This document shows, piece by piece, positions 7,355-11,726 of a stretch of 11,726 nt of DNA. Both the position numbers and the translations under genes were made by a program. Source of the DNA: Elusimicrobiota bacterium (lineage in GTDB: Bacteria > Elusimicrobiota > Endomicrobiia > CG1-02-37-114 > JAHJSO01); NCBI GenBank assembly GCA_043826435.1, contig JBDRQF010000029.1:1-11726 (forward strand). Direction: 5' to 3'. The notes beneath the pieces are model-generated. The model made no database searches, was not told the origin of the DNA, and was given only the letters and a program-made list of their open reading frames with translations. Numbering within the stretch: the first letter of the stretch is position 1; every line of letters begins with the position of its first letter.

Positions 7355-7445
7355 AACCAACCGGAGTGTGTTATTAATTGTTGTAACTAACTTAAGAATA
7401 ACGTTGTGAAGGCACTAACTGGTTAACGCATGGAGAGGTGTTTTA

Positions 7446-7931
7446 ATGACAGGCATACCCGGAGGGATTTTTAAGAAGAAGTGGGTCCGCGTTGCGGCCC
7501 TGGCGGCGGGGACGGTTATTATCGTTTACGCGATGATATACGTTGACGTGGTACTGCGCGCGAGGTCTGCATATCTTGAGGGCGAAAAATACTGGCGGTG
7601 GCACACGCACCCCGGAGAGAAACAAAAATTTCTTGACGACCGGCTGGATAAAGAGATAAAAAAACTGCGCGAAAAACTTTCAAAAAATAAAATTACAAAA
7701 GAGGAACAGGACAAGCAGGAAGAAATAGCAAAATTTAACCATAAAAGGGAACTAGAAGAGAGTTCAATAAAATATGCATACGTGTGGTATCAGACAGCAG
7801 TGGAACTTTTTTCCCCGCCTGAATCAAAATGGGTAAGGAACTCCCGGGAGAAACTGCCGCAGGCGAAAGAGATGTGGCGACAGGAATTGATAAAAAAGGG
7901 GATAAAGGTTGAGGACTACATGCTGGAGTGA
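7446..7931 (+). CDS. Hypothetical protein with one N-terminal TM helix and a helical, charged soluble domain
   Basis: SD GGAGAGG at 7432-7438; KKKW followed by hydrophobic VAALAAGTVIIVYAMIYVDVVL; 161 aa; no family recognised. Confidence 0.8.
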   Translation: MTGIPGGIFKKKWVRVAALAAGTVIIVYAMIYVDVVLRARSAYLEGEKYWRWHTHPGEKQKFLDDRLDKEIKKLREKLSKNKITKEEQDKQEEIAKFNHKRELEESSIKYAYVWYQTAVELFSPPESKWVRNSREKLPQAKEMWRQELIKKGIKVEDYMLE

Positions 7932-7956
7932 CACGCCTGCCCGCCCTCTTGACATT

Positions 7957-8122
7957 TGTCATTGCGAACGACCGAAGGGGGCGTGGCGCTCAAAATGTCA
8001 TTGCGAGCAACCGAAGGGGGCGTGGCAATCTCATCGGTAAAAACGAGATTGCTTCGTCATTTCATTCCTCGCAATGACAGGCACATTGAGATTGCTTCGT
8101 CATTTCATTCCTCGCAATGACA
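7957..8122. repeat. REP/REPIN-like cluster of four palindromic units (two forward, two reverse)
   Basis: TGTCATTGCGA...CCGAAGGGGGCGTGGC begins at 7957 (degenerate end) and at 7996-8032. Exact GAGATTGCTTCGTCATTTCATTCCTCGCAATGACA copies lie at 8045-8079 and 8088-8122. Confidence 0.92.
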
Positions 8123-8135
8123 CTCCGTGTCAATT

Positions 8136-8783
8136 ATGAGATTGCTTTTTTCGGTGGCGCTCATACCGTTGTGTTACGGGTTCAGCAGGACAATTCTTGA
8201 GATCGTATTCAGGTTAAACGTATCGTCGGAAGTTGACTCCCCCTGGATGTATTTTGTCGCAGGGTTTATATCTTACCTGGCGCTTCAGGCGATTTTTTTT
8301 AAGCCGGTCTTTATGTACGTATTCGGGCACGAACTTACGCACGCACTCGCGGGGATAATCTCAGGCAGTAAAATAAGAGCATTCAACGTAAAAAGAGACA
8401 GCGGGAGCGTTGTGTTGTCGGACGTAAACGTGTTCGTTACGCTGGCGCCTTATTTTATCCCGATATACACGATAGTCCTGCTTGTCGCTCATGCGATTTT
8501 TATAATTCCCCGGGGTTATTTTTTATTCCTGCTTGGGATGACCGTTTCTTTTCATACAGCCCTGAACGTATTCGCCATAAGCCAGGGCCAGAGCGATATC
8601 AGAAGGTACGGCAGGTTTTTTTCAATCGTCGTAGTATATATTGCGAATTGTCTGGTATCCGGCGCCCTGCTGTGCATTTTTTTCCCGGTTTCATTGACGG
8701 AGTTTATGAAAAAGTCAGCCAACCATTCCGTTGAAGGAGTTTATTTGGCATGGGGCTTAATAACAACAATTATTCAGAGATAA
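8136..8783 (+). CDS. Membrane zinc metallopeptidase, M50B-like
   Basis: HExxH (FGHELTHALA) within a hydrophobic segment, LAPYFIP, downstream QSD, several TM helices. Start is ATG 8136 or GTG 8127, with no clear SD. Confidence 0.75.
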   Translation: MRLLFSVALIPLCYGFSRTILEIVFRLNVSSEVDSPWMYFVAGFISYLALQAIFFKPVFMYVFGHELTHALAGIISGSKIRAFNVKRDSGSVVLSDVNVFVTLAPYFIPIYTIVLLVAHAIFIIPRGYFLFLLGMTVSFHTALNVFAISQGQSDIRRYGRFFSIVVVYIANCLVSGALLCIFFPVSLTEFMKKSANHSVEGVYLAWGLITTIIQR

Positions 8784-9352
8784 AACGCAAGTTATTCCAC
8801 TTACTGGCACTGCTTTACCCTGTTTTCTACAATACACTTCCGCGTTCAACTGTGCTGATAATTGCGGGGGCGTTAGTTATACTTGACATAATCGTTGAGT
8901 CAATGAGGTTTGTGTTCCCAGTCATGAACCATACCATACTGAAACCGTTTTCAGGAATCTACAGGGACAGCGAGATGAACAGCATAAGTACGCTCCTGTG
9001 GACCTTTACGGGTGCGTTCCTTACGATGTTTATCTTTACGGACACCAAGGTTGTGACCGTAGCCCTGCTCTATATGGTATTCGGGGACAGTTTGGCGGGG
9101 CTTGTCGGCGTATGGATAGGCAGGACAAAACTTGGGCGAAGTAAAAAGAGTTTGGAAGGGAGTTTCTCCTGTTTTGTCGTATGTTTACTGGTAGGACTGT
9201 TCTTTCTGGACTGGAGGGTTGCGGTCCTGGGCGCCCTGATAGCGACGATAGTGGAACTGATGCCTCTCCCGTTAAACGACAATTTCTGGCTTCCGCTGAT
9301 TTCCGGTTTTTCGCTTACCTTTTTAAAAAGGTTGTTTATGCTTCCCCTATAA
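8750..9352 (+). CDS. CTP-dependent polyprenol/phytol/dolichol kinase family membrane protein
   Basis: EIKRKLFHL, GDSLAGLVG, KKSLEGS and NDNFWLP; SD AAGGAG at 8734-8739; 34-nt overlap with the upstream gene. Confidence 0.88.
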   Translation: MGLNNNNYSEIKRKLFHLLALLYPVFYNTLPRSTVLIIAGALVILDIIVESMRFVFPVMNHTILKPFSGIYRDSEMNSISTLLWTFTGAFLTMFIFTDTKVVTVALLYMVFGDSLAGLVGVWIGRTKLGRSKKSLEGSFSCFVVCLLVGLFFLDWRVAVLGALIATIVELMPLPLNDNFWLPLISGFSLTFLKRLFMLPL

Positions 9353-10077
9353 TGACGACCGCAATTAAAACAGTAAATCTTACCAAATCGTTTGGCTCCG
9401 TTTTCGCAATAAAAGACATTAACCTTGAAATCAGGACAGGAGAAATATTCGCTTTCCTGGGTCCGAACGGGGCAGGCAAGACAACCACGGTAAAAATTTT
9501 CAGCGGTCTTTTGAAACAGAGCGCAGGTAAGGTTTTTATATGCGGTATTGATACCGAGAAAGATCCTGTGGCTGTAAAGATGATTGTGGGCGTTGTGCCC
9601 GACCACCCGTTTATATATCCCAAACTCACGGGGATGGAATTCCTGCGGCTCGTCGGTAACATATACGGTATAGGGCGGGACGAACAGGACGTCCGGATAA
9701 AAGGACTGCTGGAGGTTTTCGGTCTTGGAGGTTTTGCGGGGAACCTCGTAGAGACGTACTCCCTCGGTATGAGGCAAAAACTGGTGATAACGAGCGTCCT
9801 CCTGCACAGGCCGCAGGTGCTGATACTGGACGAACCGCTCGTGGGACTTGACCCCAAATCGGCCCGGATGGTAAAGGACATGCTGGTTAAACTTAGCCGG
9901 GAAGGCGTGACGATTTTCATGTGCACGCACATACTGGAGATTGCAGAACGGTTAGCCCACAGGATAGGCATAATAAACAATGGGGCTATCGTTGTAGTCG
10001 GTACGAAAGAAGAGTTGCAAAGCATGGTGACGAAAGCCGGCACACTTGAGGATATTTATCTTGACATTACCGCCTAA
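9352..10077 (+). CDS. ABC-2 type transporter ATP-binding protein
   Basis: Walker A GPNGAGKT, signature YSLGMRQK, Walker B VLILDEP and H-loop CTH. Start set to ATG 9352 (TAATG overlap with the kinase stop) instead of 9181. Confidence 0.95.
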   Translation: MTTAIKTVNLTKSFGSVFAIKDINLEIRTGEIFAFLGPNGAGKTTTVKIFSGLLKQSAGKVFICGIDTEKDPVAVKMIVGVVPDHPFIYPKLTGMEFLRLVGNIYGIGRDEQDVRIKGLLEVFGLGGFAGNLVETYSLGMRQKLVITSVLLHRPQVLILDEPLVGLDPKSARMVKDMLVKLSREGVTIFMCTHILEIAERLAHRIGIINNGAIVVVGTKEELQSMVTKAGTLEDIYLDITA

Positions 10078-10086
10078 TCAAAAATT

Positions 10087-11726
10087 ATGTTCGGCGTAAA
10101 ATCCAGAACTTTTAAAAACAAAATAAGAAACCTTACGGCAGGGGGATGGTTCAAATTAGGTTTCGGTATTTTTACGGGGCTGTTATTTTTGTCAGGGCTC
10201 TACGCCGGTTTCTGCAGGATGTTCTTTTATATCCAGAAAATGCCGTTTATCGGGACGGTGTTGCTGCTGAAATTCCTTGAAATTGCCTTTCTTACGACCT
10301 TCGTAATGGTGATATTCTCCTCAATCGTAATTTCCTTTACGAGTATGTTTTTCGCCGACGATTTGAATTTTTTACTTACCCTGCCCGTGCAGGGCCGCAG
10401 GGTTTTTGTTTCAAAGGCGGTTGAGACGGTTTTCCAGTCCTCATGGATGATGATGGTTGTCCTTGTCCCGTTCCTTGCCGCTTTTGCGTTCGTTAAGAAC
10501 GTAGGTTTAAGTTTTTTCGTCGTATTCGGGCTGGCGGGGCTGCCGTTCTTTTTTATCGGCTCGGCCATAGGGATAATGATATCCATGTCGGTGATGTACT
10601 TCTTTCCTTCTTCAAGGGTAAGGGACATGGCGCTTGTGGCGGCTGTGGCCGCTGGGTCTTTATTTTATGTGGCGCTGCGTTTTTTTGAGCCGGAGAAATT
10701 AGCCAACCCCGACGCATTCTATACGGCGATGCAGTATATCGCCTACCTGGACGCCCCTGTGGCAAGGTTCCTGCCGTCCTGGTGGCTGGCTGAGGTATTG
10801 AAGTCGGTTATTGTTTCAAATGCCTGGGGCGTTATCAGGAATTTAACGTACCTGTTCTCGGTGGCAGGGGCATTGTTTTTATTCCTCGTAATTATTTCGG
10901 GGCGGATGTATTATACCGCCGTCTGCAGTATAAGTGCGTCCGTGTCAAAGTCGCCGTTGCTGTCTTCTTTTATTTCGAAACGCAGGGTCCGGCTGAACTT
11001 CATTCTAAAAGATGCGGTGTCTTTTTTAAGAGATACAAAACAGTGGTCGCAGGTCCTTCTGGTAATGGCGTTGACCATCGTATATTTATTCAGCATTTAT
11101 AAACTCCCGCAAAGTTTTACGGGCGATAATTTCCCCGCCGCCTACATCCGCAATTTTCTGTCATTTGTGAATATTGGGGCCGCAGGTTTCATTATATCGG
11201 CGTTGGCCCTCAGGTTTGTTTTCCCGCAGGTAAGTTTAGAAAAGGGGACGCTATGGTTTGTGATGAGCGTCCCTTTTTCCATTGAGAAATTCCTGCTGGG
11301 TAAATTTGTTTTTTGCGGCGTGCCGCTGATAATCCTCTCCGTAGTAATAGGGGTGGTTTCAAACTCACTGCTGGGAGTTTCGTCCGCTGCGATTTTCCTT
11401 TTCTCCACGGCGGGGATTGTCCTTGTCGGGTTCGGGCTTTTGTGTATGGCGCTCGGTTTTGGGGCTATGTATCCCAGGTTTGACACTGAAAACATCGCCC
11501 AGATTGAGACGTCATACGGCGGGATACTTTACATGATTACGTCTGTATTGTATGTGGGGCTTACGCTTGCCATCGGCGCAAGACCTATGCAATTGTTCCT
11601 GAAGCAGGAATTAGGGGTGAAATTAAATCCTGCGGATATCGTATGGTACGGGGTTGACCTACTGCTCCTGAATGCAATTGTAATCTTTGTCCCGTTGTGG
11701 TTCGGGTTGAAGGCGCTGAAAAGGTA
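10087..11726 (+). CDS. Putative ABC-2 exporter permease (multi-TM), 3'-truncated by the window end
   Basis: Open frame from ATG 10087 (MFGVKSRTFKNKIRN) to the window end, so absent from the ORF track. Motifs include FFADDLNFLLTLP, KDAVSFLRDTKQWSQ, RFVFPQVSLE and GAMYPRFD, with many hydrophobic helices. Confidence 0.88.
   Translation, partial: MFGVKSRTFKNKIRNLTAGGWFKLGFGIFTGLLFLSGLYAGFCRMFFYIQKMPFIGTVLLLKFLEIAFLTTFVMVIFSSIVISFTSMFFADDLNFLLTLPVQGRRVFVSKAVETVFQSSWMMMVVLVPFLAAFAFVKNVGLSFFVVFGLAGLPFFFIGSAIGIMISMSVMYFFPSSRVRDMALVAAVAAGSLFYVALRFFEPEKLANPDAFYTAMQYIAYLDAPVARFLPSWWLAEVLKSVIVSNAWGVIRNLTYLFSVAGALFLFLVIISGRMYYTAVCSISASVSKSPLLSSFISKRRVRLNFILKDAVSFLRDTKQWSQVLLVMALTIVYLFSIYKLPQSFTGDNFPAAYIRNFLSFVNIGAAGFIISALALRFVFPQVSLEKGTLWFVMSVPFSIEKFLLGKFVFCGVPLIILSVVIGVVSNSLLGVSSAAIFLFSTAGIVLVGFGLLCMALGFGAMYPRFDTENIAQIETSYGGILYMITSVLYVGLTLAIGARPMQLFLKQELGVKLNPADIVWYGVDLLLLNAIVIFVPLWFGLKALKR

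Noticed and set aside
6755..8122. Mini CRISPR arrays
   Set aside because: Each variant has only two copies, separated by 0-8 nt with no unique spacers. Orientation is mixed and there are no cas genes.
9181..9351. N-terminal extension of the ABC ATPase
   Set aside because: It overlaps the kinase CDS in another frame, and the ABC domain begins at the coupled ATG 9352.
10075..10089. Read-through fusion of the ABC ATPase and permease (same frame)
   Set aside because: A plain TAA is followed by an ATG 9 nt later, both proteins look normal separately, and no recoding signal is visible.
1117..11495. Other antisense or alternate-frame ORFs (e.g. 2203-2763, 2980-3441, 9070-9930, 9336-10043, 10227-10628, 11142-11495)
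   Set aside because: They overlap well-supported genes almost entirely and show no recognisable motifs.

Overview
Bacterial chromosomal window with no rRNA, tRNA, CRISPR array or intact transposase. The first ~960 bp are AT-rich and look accessory. They hold an RHH-antitoxin/RelE-ParE-toxin pair, an unannotated C-terminal remnant of a Ser/Thr kinase, a strong sigma70 promoter overlapped by a 15-4-15 palindrome, and a truncated AAA_14-type ATPase. That stub abuts a flbD-motA-motB stator cassette with no other flagellar genes in view, followed closely by ppdK. A non-canonical Ddl-like ATP-grasp gene converges on ppdK. A repeat-rich divergent intergenic region then precedes a stand-alone receiver protein and a membrane-anchored hypothetical protein. 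After a REP/REPIN-like palindrome cluster come an M50B-like peptidase, a polyprenol/phytol kinase, an ABC ATPase and an ABC permease that runs off the window end. The best leads are apparent promoter capture of the stator cassette, Na+-type (possibly K+-tolerant) stator signatures, and the GAGATTGC...GCAATGACA palindrome family. All family calls come from motif recognition, not database searches. No complete novel system is demonstrated.
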